Source: Candidatus Aminicenantes bacterium
Lineage (GTDB): Bacteria > Acidobacteriota > Aminicenantia > Aminicenantales > Aminicenantaceae
DNA length: 64,000 bases
Reading direction: 5' to 3'
NCBI GenBank assembly: GCA_016783445.1
Contig: JADHWO010000001.1
Location: 21,596-85,595 of the forward strand
Positions within the stretch are counted from its first letter, which is position 1. Each line of letters begins with the position of its first letter. The position numbers and the translations under genes are program-made. Below the pieces are notes generated by a model, which saw only the letters and a program-made list of their open reading frames with translations, did no database searches and had not been told where the DNA came from. This document shows positions 41,593 to 49,313 of this stretch, in pieces.

Positions 41593-43203
41593 CTAAAGTC
41601 CAACTGGTTCTTTGAATTCGCCAAAAGTGTCCTTAAATATTTTGGTTATTTCTCCCAGAGTGGTATAGGATTTCACAGCTCTTAAAATATGGGGCATCAC
41701 ATTCTCACTCGTCTGAGCAGCCTCTTTTAATCCACCCAGTGCATCTTTTACTTCATTATTATTTCTTTGAGTTTTTATCTCTTTAAGCTTTTTCTTTTGC
41801 TCTTCAGCGACTTTTGGATTAAAGGGATGAAATTTTATATTTGCTTTTTCCTCTTCCATTACATATTTATTTACTCCGATTTTCGTAATTTCTCCAGATT
41901 GAATCTTTTTCTCGCGGATATAAGCTTGCCGACTAACTTCTCTCTGGATATAACCCGATTCTACTGCTTTAACCATTCCACCGATCTCTTCAACTTTTTT
42001 CATACATTCGATAATTTTTTTCTCTATCTTATCTGTTAACCATTCAACATAATAAGAACCGCCAAGAGGATCAACCGTATCTTTTAATCCCATCTCATCT
42101 GCTAGAATTTGCATCGTCCTTAAGCTTAAAAGAGCGGCTTTTTTTGAGGGAATAGTATAAGCCTCATCATAAGAACAGAGTGCCATCGTTTGAGTGCCTG
42201 ATAAGGCAGAAATTAGTGCATAATAAGCACCTCGCACAATATTGTTTTCAGGCTGCTGGATTGTCAAACCTCCTCCACCTCCACCAGCAATCATCCTCAA
42301 AGTCATTGAGCGAGGATTCTGAGCTCCAAACCGTTCCTTTAAAATTTTCGCCCAGAGTCTTCTTCCTGCTCTGAATTTCGCCACCTGCTCCCATAAATTA
42401 CCATGAATATCAAAATTGAAAGCAATCCTCCCGGCAAAATCATCAATATTAAGTCCCCGTGTTAGTACTTCTTTAATATAAGTGATTGCAATCTCGAATG
42501 CATAAGCCATCTCTTGAACTGGAGTTGCACCAGATTCTCTGATATGGTAGCCGCATACACTGAAGGGATTAAATTTAGGGACATTCTTGGAACAAAATTC
42601 AACCATATCTCCAATGAGCCGGATTGAAGGTTCAACAGGGAAAATCCAGGTTCCCCTCCCTATATACTCTTTCAGAATATCATTCTGTGTGGTGCCTCTT
42701 ATTTGATCCCAGGGTATACCCTGTTTCTCAGCCACAACAAGATACATGGCCAGCATCACAGAGGCTACAGGATTAATAGTCAGGGAAGTGCTGATCCTGT
42801 TTATAGGAATATCTGTAAAAGCTTCTTCTAAATCTTTAAGCGTATCTATCGCCATCCCTACCCTGCCGACCTCTTCTTCAGCAAACGGGTCATCAGAATC
42901 CAGCCCTAACTGTGTCGGCAAATCAAAAGCTACATTAAGTGCTGTTTGCCCCTGTTCCAGAAGCCATTTAAACCTCTCGTTTGTTTCCTTAGCCGTCCCG
43001 AAACCTGAATACTGGCGCATAGTCCAGGGGCGTTTGCGGTACATAAAAGGATGGATGCCTCTTGTGAATGGATAATCACCGGGTTGTCCTATTTCTTTCT
43101 CGAAGTTAATATCTTTGATATCTTCGGGGCTATAAACGGGTTTTACTTTTATCCCGGATTCAAGAATAACCTCTTTGAGCTCTTCTGATTTAGGTTTTTT
43201 CAT
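41593..43203 (-). CDS. B12-dependent acyl-CoA mutase, large (substrate-binding) subunit, methylmalonyl-CoA mutase family
   Basis: PGDYPFTRGIHPFMYRKRPWTMRQYSGFGTAKETNERFKWLLEQGQTALNVAFDLPTQLGLDSD. Split-type (archaeal-like) architecture. Confidence 0.9.
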   Translation of the reverse strand: MKKPKSEELKEVILESGIKVKPVYSPEDIKDINFEKEIGQPGDYPFTRGIHPFMYRKRPWTMRQYSGFGTAKETNERFKWLLEQGQTALNVAFDLPTQLGLDSDDPFAEEEVGRVGMAIDTLKDLEEAFTDIPINRISTSLTINPVASVMLAMYLVVAEKQGIPWDQIRGTTQNDILKEYIGRGTWIFPVEPSIRLIGDMVEFCSKNVPKFNPFSVCGYHIRESGATPVQEMAYAFEIAITYIKEVLTRGLNIDDFAGRIAFNFDIHGNLWEQVAKFRAGRRLWAKILKERFGAQNPRSMTLRMIAGGGGGGLTIQQPENNIVRGAYYALISALSGTQTMALCSYDEAYTIPSKKAALLSLRTMQILADEMGLKDTVDPLGGSYYVEWLTDKIEKKIIECMKKVEEIGGMVKAVESGYIQREVSRQAYIREKKIQSGEITKIGVNKYVMEEEKANIKFHPFNPKVAEEQKKKLKEIKTQRNNNEVKDALGGLKEAAQTSENVMPHILRAVKSYTTLGEITKIFKDTFGEFKEPVGL

Positions 43204-43619
43204 TTCTCTTTAACACTTTTTTTAATAAAATTTACAATCTCATCAAGCTTGGCTCCAGTGGGAAAAACTTCACACACACCAAATTCTTTAAGAGTTTTGA
43301 TATCCTTTTGCGGAATATTCCCACCAACCAGAACTAATCTATCAGTGAGCCCTATCTCTTCCAGCTGTTCCATCAATTTTTTACTAAGTGGAAGATGGGC
43401 ACCAGAATAAATGGACAGCCCAATCACATCTACATCTTCTTCCACGGCTGTATTTACTATTTCCTCGATTGTCCTGTGAAGGCCAGTATATATAACCTCC
43501 ATTCCTGCATCTTTGAGGGCATGAATAACTACTTTTGCACCGGTATCATGTCCGTCAAGCCCTGGTTTTGCTATCACAACTCTAATTTTTTTTTCACCCA
43601 AAGGACTATTCCTGTTCAT
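43200..43619 (-). CDS. Acyl-CoA mutase small subunit, cobalamin-binding domain
   Basis: VVIAKPGLDGHDTGAKVV carries the DxHxxG B12 motif. ATGA overlap with the large-subunit gene. Confidence 0.9.
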   Translation of the reverse strand: MNRNSPLGEKKIRVVIAKPGLDGHDTGAKVVIHALKDAGMEVIYTGLHRTIEEIVNTAVEEDVDVIGLSIYSGAHLPLSKKLMEQLEEIGLTDRLVLVGGNIPQKDIKTLKEFGVCEVFPTGAKLDEIVNFIKKSVKEK

Positions 43620-43666
43620 TATTTAGGCTTCTTCACACAAAACTCAGTTGTGTAAACAAATTTTAT

Positions 43667-44089
43667 TTAATATTTGCCGTCAATAATCTCTGTTAAAACT
43701 CCGTGTGTAGCCACAGGGTGAATAAACGCAAAGTTTCTCTTATACTCGGCAAAAAATCTGGGTTTTTGATCGATCAGTTTTACTTTATTTTTCTTTAACA
43801 CTTCCAGAGATTCCTCACAGTTATCTACATTATAGCTTAAAAGCATAACACCTTCGCCGGCTCTTTTAATAAATTTTGCCACTTCCCCGGTGCCATCAAG
43901 ATCTTCCATAACCTCTATAGCTGTAGGTCCAACCATAAAACCGGTTACTCTGATCTTCTCCGGTTCATCTACATAACGGTAAGCCACTTCCCAGCCAAAA
44001 GTTTCGATATAGTCTTTTTCTGCTTTTTTCACATCATTAACAGCAATACAGATGTGATCCACATAATTTGCCTTTAATTTTTCCGCCAT
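43667..44089 (-). CDS. Methylmalonyl-CoA epimerase-like VOC/glyoxalase-fold protein
   Basis: 140 aa. VDHICIAVNDVKKAEKDY...HPVATHGVLTEI follows the VOC pattern, and the gene sits next to the mutase. Confidence 0.8.
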   Translation of the reverse strand: MAEKLKANYVDHICIAVNDVKKAEKDYIETFGWEVAYRYVDEPEKIRVTGFMVGPTAIEVMEDLDGTGEVAKFIKRAGEGVMLLSYNVDNCEESLEVLKKNKVKLIDQKPRFFAEYKRNFAFIHPVATHGVLTEIIDGKY

Positions 44090-44142
44090 TTAATCTCCTC
44101 CTTTTCTATAATAAAAAAATCCGAAAAATAATATCCTGAATC

Positions 44143-44460
44143 CTATATTCTGGAGAAATAAGGGATATTTTCAGTTTCGGGAGAGCCAGGTGGAAGCTTA
44201 AAAAGAATTGCGCCCTCTACTGGACACGCCTCAAAACATTCCCCGCACTGCTGGCAGAGATCAAGCACAATTGCTGCCTTACCTTTATGAAACCCGATGA
44301 TATCAGGTGGGCAGGCCCTTGCACAAGCTCCGCATCCGTTACAGCGGTAAGCATCAATCCAAGGATACAGCCCCATATGACTTGAACCAGAATGAGGATA
44401 AACACTCATTTTTGTACCCGGAATTCTGGGGCGAGCACTTGAAATATCTGATAATATCAT
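44143..44460 (-). CDS. 2x[4Fe-4S] ferredoxin
   Basis: CNGCGACARACP and CQQCGECFEACP. The true start may be an internal Met (MSVYP or MGLYP). Confidence 0.75.
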   Translation of the reverse strand: MILSDISSARPRIPGTKMSVYPHSGSSHMGLYPWIDAYRCNGCGACARACPPDIIGFHKGKAAIVLDLCQQCGECFEACPVEGAILFKLPPGSPETENIPYFSRI

Positions 44461-44491
44461 GAATATCTCCTTTTTTTAGTTCTAATTCTAA

Positions 44492-46519
44492 TTAAAATCT
44501 CATTCCCAGGCGGTAGCCATCCTGGATGGCATCAATACCCCGCCTCACCCATACACAATCACCAATCATCGATGTATCTCCCTTGAACGAGCCGTAGCTC
44601 AGTTCTTTATTGGGAATAAGTCTGGCCAAAATCACTATATCAGCAGACACAGTCTGGTCCTCGAACTTCTGTTTCTCTTTTGTTTTCCTGTCTACAATCG
44701 TCCAGTCTGCTTTTACACCTTTATTCGTGATCTCTTTAACCTGCCCAAAAGTCAACTGCTGAACCTTTGCCTGTCTAAGTCTGAGCCTGTAGCGCCAGAT
44801 GTACGACGGATTCACATCCCAACCAAATCGAGGGGCAGGGTCAATCATGACTAGGCTCGAATCTTTTGCTCCTTCCTTTTCCAGCTTATCAATTATAAAA
44901 AGCGTTAGCGATATTGCTGCACCTGATCCACCAAGGACCACCACGTTCTTACCCAGTTTTGCTTTTCCTGTAAACACATCAAATATGCTCACAACAATTG
45001 GCCTGTCTGCTCCAGGAATATCAGGGACTTCAGGCACAGCGCCAGTAGCGATGACAACTGAATCCGGTTTTTCTTTTTCAAGAAGCTCCTTGGTCACCGG
45101 GGTGTTAAGAATAAACTTTGCTCCAAACTTATCACACTGGGCCTTCATATGGTTAATCCATCTCATAAACTCCTGGTCATCCCAGTATTTATCAGAGTCT
45201 TCACCCCAGGGATTCCGCGAAGCATAATACCACTGCCCGCCAATATTACCTGTCTTTTCATAGACAGTTACATCATGACCCTTTTCAGCGGCAATACGTG
45301 CTGCCTGGAGACCAGCAATACCAGCGCCAGCAATTATTATCTTTCTTTTTTCCTCTGCTTTAGGAAAGCCGTAGTAGCCCCATTCACGCTCGCCTTCATG
45401 GCTGCAGGAGGGACGAACCGTGCAGGTAACCGGAGCATCACGGAAAAGCCTGGCCAGGCAGACCTGACAAGCTATACAGGGAGTAATATCCTCTTGTCGG
45501 TCCCACATAATTTTATTAGGCAAGGCTGGGTCTGCAATCTGAGGACGGCACATCTCCCAAATATCAAGCTTGCCTTCAGCAATTGCCTTCTCAGGAATCT
45601 CGGGGACGAAGAGCCTATATGCCATGCTGACAGGTATTTTAATAGCATTTTTTGTACGTTCTGCCACATAGAGCCATTTACCCATAGGGATATCTCTGGA
45701 AATGACCGAACCCAACGACTCCTGCCAACCCACTGTCACACTTAAATAATCACAACCAGCTGCCTCGGCAATTTTTAGCGACTCCAAGCTCTCATTTTCA
45801 GTATTTCCTTCCACCTCATCCAGCAACTCCCAGCCGCAGAGGCGGATGCCAACTGCAATATCAGGGCCAACTTCTTCGCGAATACCCTCGATAATTTTCC
45901 TCATAAATGTGCAACGACCGTTGATGTCACCCCCGTATTCATCACTCCTCCAATTAGTATACTTGGAGATAAAGTTAGATATAAGGTAGCCTACAATGCC
46001 GGAGATCTCAATTATGTCATAACCTGCTTCAACAGCTCTTCGAGCACCGTTTATGTGCTCTTTAATACATTCTTCAACTTCGGGTATACTCATCTTCTTC
46101 TGCGGGCGGAATCGCCGCAGCCTTTGTCTTATCGCTGAGGGGCCTACTGTATAGGGAAGATTTATCCCTCCAACCCGGCCACAGTGCATCAATTGAAGAC
46201 AGGCCAGTGTTTCACCCTTATGGATGATATCTGCCATCTTCTTCAAACCAGGTATAAACTTGTCATCCCAGATTCCCATCATGCCAACATATCCTTGCCC
46301 CTCACCTCTCGGGTCAGTGTAGGCTCCTTGAGTCGTTACAATCCCTGAGCCTCCTCGAGCGTGTGCCTCAATATATGCAAGCTCCTTCTCAGAGATAAAA
46401 CCATCACTATAATTGTAGTTTGTCTCAGTAGAAGCATATTTGATCCGGTTTTTTGCCCACACCTTCCCTATCTGAATCGGACTAAATATATTTGGGTATT
46501 TTTTCTCGCCAGGTAACAT
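44492..46519 (-). CDS. OYE-family FMN / [4Fe-4S] / FAD-NAD(P) oxidoreductase (2-enoate reductase or 2,4-dienoyl-CoA reductase type)
   Basis: 675 aa. QLMHCGR OYE motif, Cys cluster CIACQVCLARLF...CTVRPSC, and Rossmann motif IIIAGAGIAGLQAA. Confidence 0.85.
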   Translation of the reverse strand: MLPGEKKYPNIFSPIQIGKVWAKNRIKYASTETNYNYSDGFISEKELAYIEAHARGGSGIVTTQGAYTDPRGEGQGYVGMMGIWDDKFIPGLKKMADIIHKGETLACLQLMHCGRVGGINLPYTVGPSAIRQRLRRFRPQKKMSIPEVEECIKEHINGARRAVEAGYDIIEISGIVGYLISNFISKYTNWRSDEYGGDINGRCTFMRKIIEGIREEVGPDIAVGIRLCGWELLDEVEGNTENESLESLKIAEAAGCDYLSVTVGWQESLGSVISRDIPMGKWLYVAERTKNAIKIPVSMAYRLFVPEIPEKAIAEGKLDIWEMCRPQIADPALPNKIMWDRQEDITPCIACQVCLARLFRDAPVTCTVRPSCSHEGEREWGYYGFPKAEEKRKIIIAGAGIAGLQAARIAAEKGHDVTVYEKTGNIGGQWYYASRNPWGEDSDKYWDDQEFMRWINHMKAQCDKFGAKFILNTPVTKELLEKEKPDSVVIATGAVPEVPDIPGADRPIVVSIFDVFTGKAKLGKNVVVLGGSGAAISLTLFIIDKLEKEGAKDSSLVMIDPAPRFGWDVNPSYIWRYRLRLRQAKVQQLTFGQVKEITNKGVKADWTIVDRKTKEKQKFEDQTVSADIVILARLIPNKELSYGSFKGDTSMIGDCVWVRRGIDAIQDGYRLGMRF

Positions 46520-46658
46520 ATTCGTCTCCTTCCAAAGAACTCGGTTAAATCACCAGTGAGCCCTCTCTTCATCTGTCAACCTAAGAATAATCTGACTCTC
46601 CATAATATGCTAGAAAGATTATATAAAAAAAAACTAATTTGCAAGAAAAAGGGGGAAG

Positions 46659-46708
46659 AAGGGGTCGTGTCTCAAATACAAATGTCAAATGTTGAGACGC
46701 GACCCCTT
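46659..46708. promoter_or_regulatory. 17-bp-arm inverted repeat in the divergent promoter region
   Basis: AAGGGGTCGTGTCTCAA (46659-46675) and TTGAGACGCGACCCCTT (46692-46708) are reverse complements with one mismatch. The loop is 16 nt. Confidence 0.4.
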
Positions 46709-46724
46709 TCTCCTTTTCCAACTC

Positions 46725-46753
46725 TTGACCCAGCCTGTGTATTTTCGTAAACT
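46725..46753 (+). promoter_or_regulatory. Possible sigma-70-like promoter (TTGACC-N17-TAAACT) for the CoA-transferase/Mo-enzyme operon
   Basis: TTGACC at 46725-46730 and TAAACT at 46748-46753. If real, the CDS start must be downstream of the track start (TTG 46784 follows GAAGGAG). Confidence 0.3.
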
Positions 46754-47986
46754 TTGGCAGACGATTGTGAAGGAGAAAAAGTCTTGAGACCCCAAATTGT
46801 GCTCAGTGTGGAGCAAGCTCTAACCATGACCTATGCAACACTGCGCTTCGTTCATCTGGGCTGGCGTGTTATCAAAATTGAGCCGACACCTGTTCCGGGA
46901 CAAAAATCTAAGGGTGATCCTAACCGTTATATCGGCCGGGAGGTAGCCGGTGAAGATCGACACAGCTATTTTGTGGCTCCTAATGTTGGCAAGGAAGCCA
47001 TAACAATCGACCTGAAACAGGCGGAGGGACAGGCACTTTTAAAGCAACTTATTAAAAAGCTTGAAGCGGATATCTTTTGCACAAACACCATGCCGGCACG
47101 CCACAAACGTCTTGGCATCAACTATAAAACCCTCTCCCAGGAGAAAGAAGACCTTATCTGGTGCTGCATCTCCGCCATGGGATTAGCGTTTCCCGATGTC
47201 CCAGGGTATGACCCGGTGATGCAGGCACTATGCGGATATATGGACCTCACCGGACACTCCGATGGCCCACCCCTGCAATGCGGACCGCCTTTAGTGGACC
47301 TAAAGGCAGGGGACGAGGCATTTATCCAGATCATCCTGGCTCTGATGGAACGCAACGAAACCGGCAAGGGAAAGCAGATCGACATCTCCATGGCTCAAAC
47401 GGCTGTTTCCTGGTTACACACCTTCCTTCCTATGCTGGATATGGGCAGCCCTCCTTCTGAACTTAAACGGTCAGGCAACGAGCACCGCCAGTTCATCCCG
47501 GTTAACGCCTATAGAACTAAAGATGGTTTTATCTATATAGCTATTGGAAGTGATGCACAATGGAGCCGAATCACAAAAAAATCCATGTTTGCTTCCCTGA
47601 ACCAGGCACGCTTTGCCACAAACGAGGGACGCAGGAAGGACAAAACAGAACTTCACTCTGCCATCGAAGCGATAACCCAAAAGTTTCCATCTTCCAAAGT
47701 TTCTGAAGTGCTGACCGAAGCCGCAATATCCCATTCTCCAATCACTCCTATTGAAGAGGTATCAAACCTGCCTTTTGTCACCTCTTCAGCACTAAAAACC
47801 ACTACACCTGATGGTCGAACCGTCCGCCTTCCTCCCCCTTCGGTTCGCACAGATTATCTTGAACAAAAAAAAGCAACTCTCCCATTTGCTCCTGCTTATG
47901 GTGAACACACTGATACTATTCTTTGTGAAATAGGCTTATCCCCTTCTGAGATAGCCTCACTCAGAGAACGAAAAATAGTGGCATGA
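46754..47986 (+). CDS. Family III (CaiB/BaiF/Frc-type) CoA-transferase
   Basis: The N-terminal segment ...SVEQALTMTYATLRFVHLGWRVIKIEP aligns with the family N-terminal motif, and PVNAYRTKDGFIYIA is family-like. The start is uncertain: the track uses TTG 46754, and TTG 46784 has the better RBS. Confidence 0.82.
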   Translation: MADDCEGEKVLRPQIVLSVEQALTMTYATLRFVHLGWRVIKIEPTPVPGQKSKGDPNRYIGREVAGEDRHSYFVAPNVGKEAITIDLKQAEGQALLKQLIKKLEADIFCTNTMPARHKRLGINYKTLSQEKEDLIWCCISAMGLAFPDVPGYDPVMQALCGYMDLTGHSDGPPLQCGPPLVDLKAGDEAFIQIILALMERNETGKGKQIDISMAQTAVSWLHTFLPMLDMGSPPSELKRSGNEHRQFIPVNAYRTKDGFIYIAIGSDAQWSRITKKSMFASLNQARFATNEGRRKDKTELHSAIEAITQKFPSSKVSEVLTEAAISHSPITPIEEVSNLPFVTSSALKTTTPDGRTVRLPPPSVRTDYLEQKKATLPFAPAYGEHTDTILCEIGLSPSEIASLRERKIVA

Positions 47987-48837
47987 AACGTTTTAATTAT
48001 TATAAGCCGCGGTCCTTAGATGAAGCTTGGGAGCTGAAAGAAAAGATCCCTGATGCCTTATTTATAGCTGGCGGGACAGACATACTGGTGGGGATCAAAA
48101 ACGGCGAACTTTATCCTCCAGCACTGATTTCTCTCCGGTCCATCCCCGAGCTTAACAGCATTAAGATTAATGGAGGCGCTCATATAGGAGCGCTGACTAC
48201 TATCAGCGATCTAATCCATCATCCTGCACTGTACAACATATATCCTGTACTGGTGGAAGCGGCAAAAAGATTGGGAAGCGTTCAGATCCGTAATGTTGCC
48301 ACTATCGGAGGAAATCTCTGCAATTGTTCACCCTGTGCTGACATGGCTCTTCCGCTGCTTGTATTGGATGCAAAAGTCAGGCTTCAAACTGCAAAAAAAA
48401 ACCGTGAAATCCCAATTGACGAATTTTTTAAGGGGCCTGGCGAGACAAACCTTACTCCGAATGAAATCCTGACAGGTATTGTTTTGGAGTCTCCACGGAA
48501 AAGCGCTAAAGCAATATTCCTGAAGAAGGGCCGTGTAAGAATGGATCTGGCCATAGCAAGTCTTGCTGCGCTCATGGAGATGGAAGGAGAAAAGTGTCAA
48601 AAGGCTCGCCTTGCAGCCGGATCAGTAGCTCCGGTGCCGCTTCGTCTTTTTAAAGTGGAAGCACAACTTGAAGGAACTACTATTACCGATAAGCTGGTGG
48701 CAGAGGCTCAGCAGCTGGCGGCAGAAAGTGTGGCTCCCATAACCGATATCCGCGCCACAAAGGAATACCGTCGGCAAATTGTGAGTGTATTGGTGAAGCG
48801 TGCACTAAAGAATATTCTGGGATGGAGCCAGGCATGA
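47983..48837 (+). CDS. Xanthine dehydrogenase/CO dehydrogenase family FAD-binding (medium) subunit
   Basis: FNYYKPRSLDEAWELK, FIAGGTDILV, ATIGGNLCN. ATGA overlap with the CoA-transferase stop. Confidence 0.88.
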   Translation: MKRFNYYKPRSLDEAWELKEKIPDALFIAGGTDILVGIKNGELYPPALISLRSIPELNSIKINGGAHIGALTTISDLIHHPALYNIYPVLVEAAKRLGSVQIRNVATIGGNLCNCSPCADMALPLLVLDAKVRLQTAKKNREIPIDEFFKGPGETNLTPNEILTGIVLESPRKSAKAIFLKKGRVRMDLAIASLAALMEMEGEKCQKARLAAGSVAPVPLRLFKVEAQLEGTTITDKLVAEAQQLAAESVAPITDIRATKEYRRQIVSVLVKRALKNILGWSQA

Positions 48838-49313
48838 AAAAAGAAATCTCTTTTACTCTCAACGGTTCAGAAGTTACTGTTACAATTGATGAACATCTAT
48901 GCCTCATTGATATCCTGCGAGGGCCTCTGGGGCAGACTGGAACTAATGAGGGCTGCAGAGAGGGGGAATGTGGAGCCTGCACGGTCATCGTCGATGGCCA
49001 GGCAGTTAACTCCTGCCTTTATCCGGCTTTTGAAGTCGAGGGCAAAAACGTTATAACTATCGAGGGACTCCAAGAACCAAATAATAAACTGTCTGTATTC
49101 CAGCAAGCTTTTGTCGATCACGGAGCAATTCAATGCGGATTTTGTACCCCTGGAATGATTATGTCGGCCAAAGCCTTGCTTGATACAAACCAAAACCCAA
49201 CTGAAGATGAAATCCGGGACGCATTACTGGGCAACCTCTGCCGCTGTACCGGTTACGTGCAGATCGTCGAAGCAGTAAAACAGGCAGCAGTCCAGCTTAA
49301 AAATAAAAAATGA
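48834..49313 (+). CDS. Xanthine dehydrogenase family [2Fe-2S] (small) subunit
   Basis: CREGECGACTV, QCGFCTPGMIMS, CRCTGY. The ATG at 48834 overlaps the upstream TGA. Confidence 0.9.
   Translation: MKKEISFTLNGSEVTVTIDEHLCLIDILRGPLGQTGTNEGCREGECGACTVIVDGQAVNSCLYPAFEVEGKNVITIEGLQEPNNKLSVFQQAFVDHGAIQCGFCTPGMIMSAKALLDTNQNPTEDEIRDALLGNLCRCTGYVQIVEAVKQAAVQLKNKK

Noticed and set aside
41593-43203. Assigning a non-methylmalonyl substrate to the mutase from the HPFMY / DLPTQLG segments
   Set aside because: I cannot align reliably to the diagnostic residues (Tyr89/Arg207 in P. shermanii numbering) from memory. Archaeal-type methylmalonyl-CoA mutases appear to share similar motifs, so no specificity claim is made.
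43620-43666. Cobalamin riboswitch in front of the mutase genes
   Set aside because: The gaps within the operon are only 10-53 nt, too short for a roughly 200-nt B12 element. None was recognised upstream of 46519 either.
44799-45745. Antisense ORFs of 142 and 198 aa within the OYE-type reductase gene. Similar cases: 53778..54293, 56223..56672, 56542..56940, 41308..41685 and 42746..43075
   Set aside because: All lie opposite long genes with strong family motifs. Their translations are Ser/Pro/Leu-rich and low in complexity, which is typical of shadow ORFs.
46556-46750. 64-aa ORF in the divergent promoter region
   Set aside because: It spans the long palindrome and the candidate promoter, with no RBS. 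More likely regulatory or non-coding DNA.
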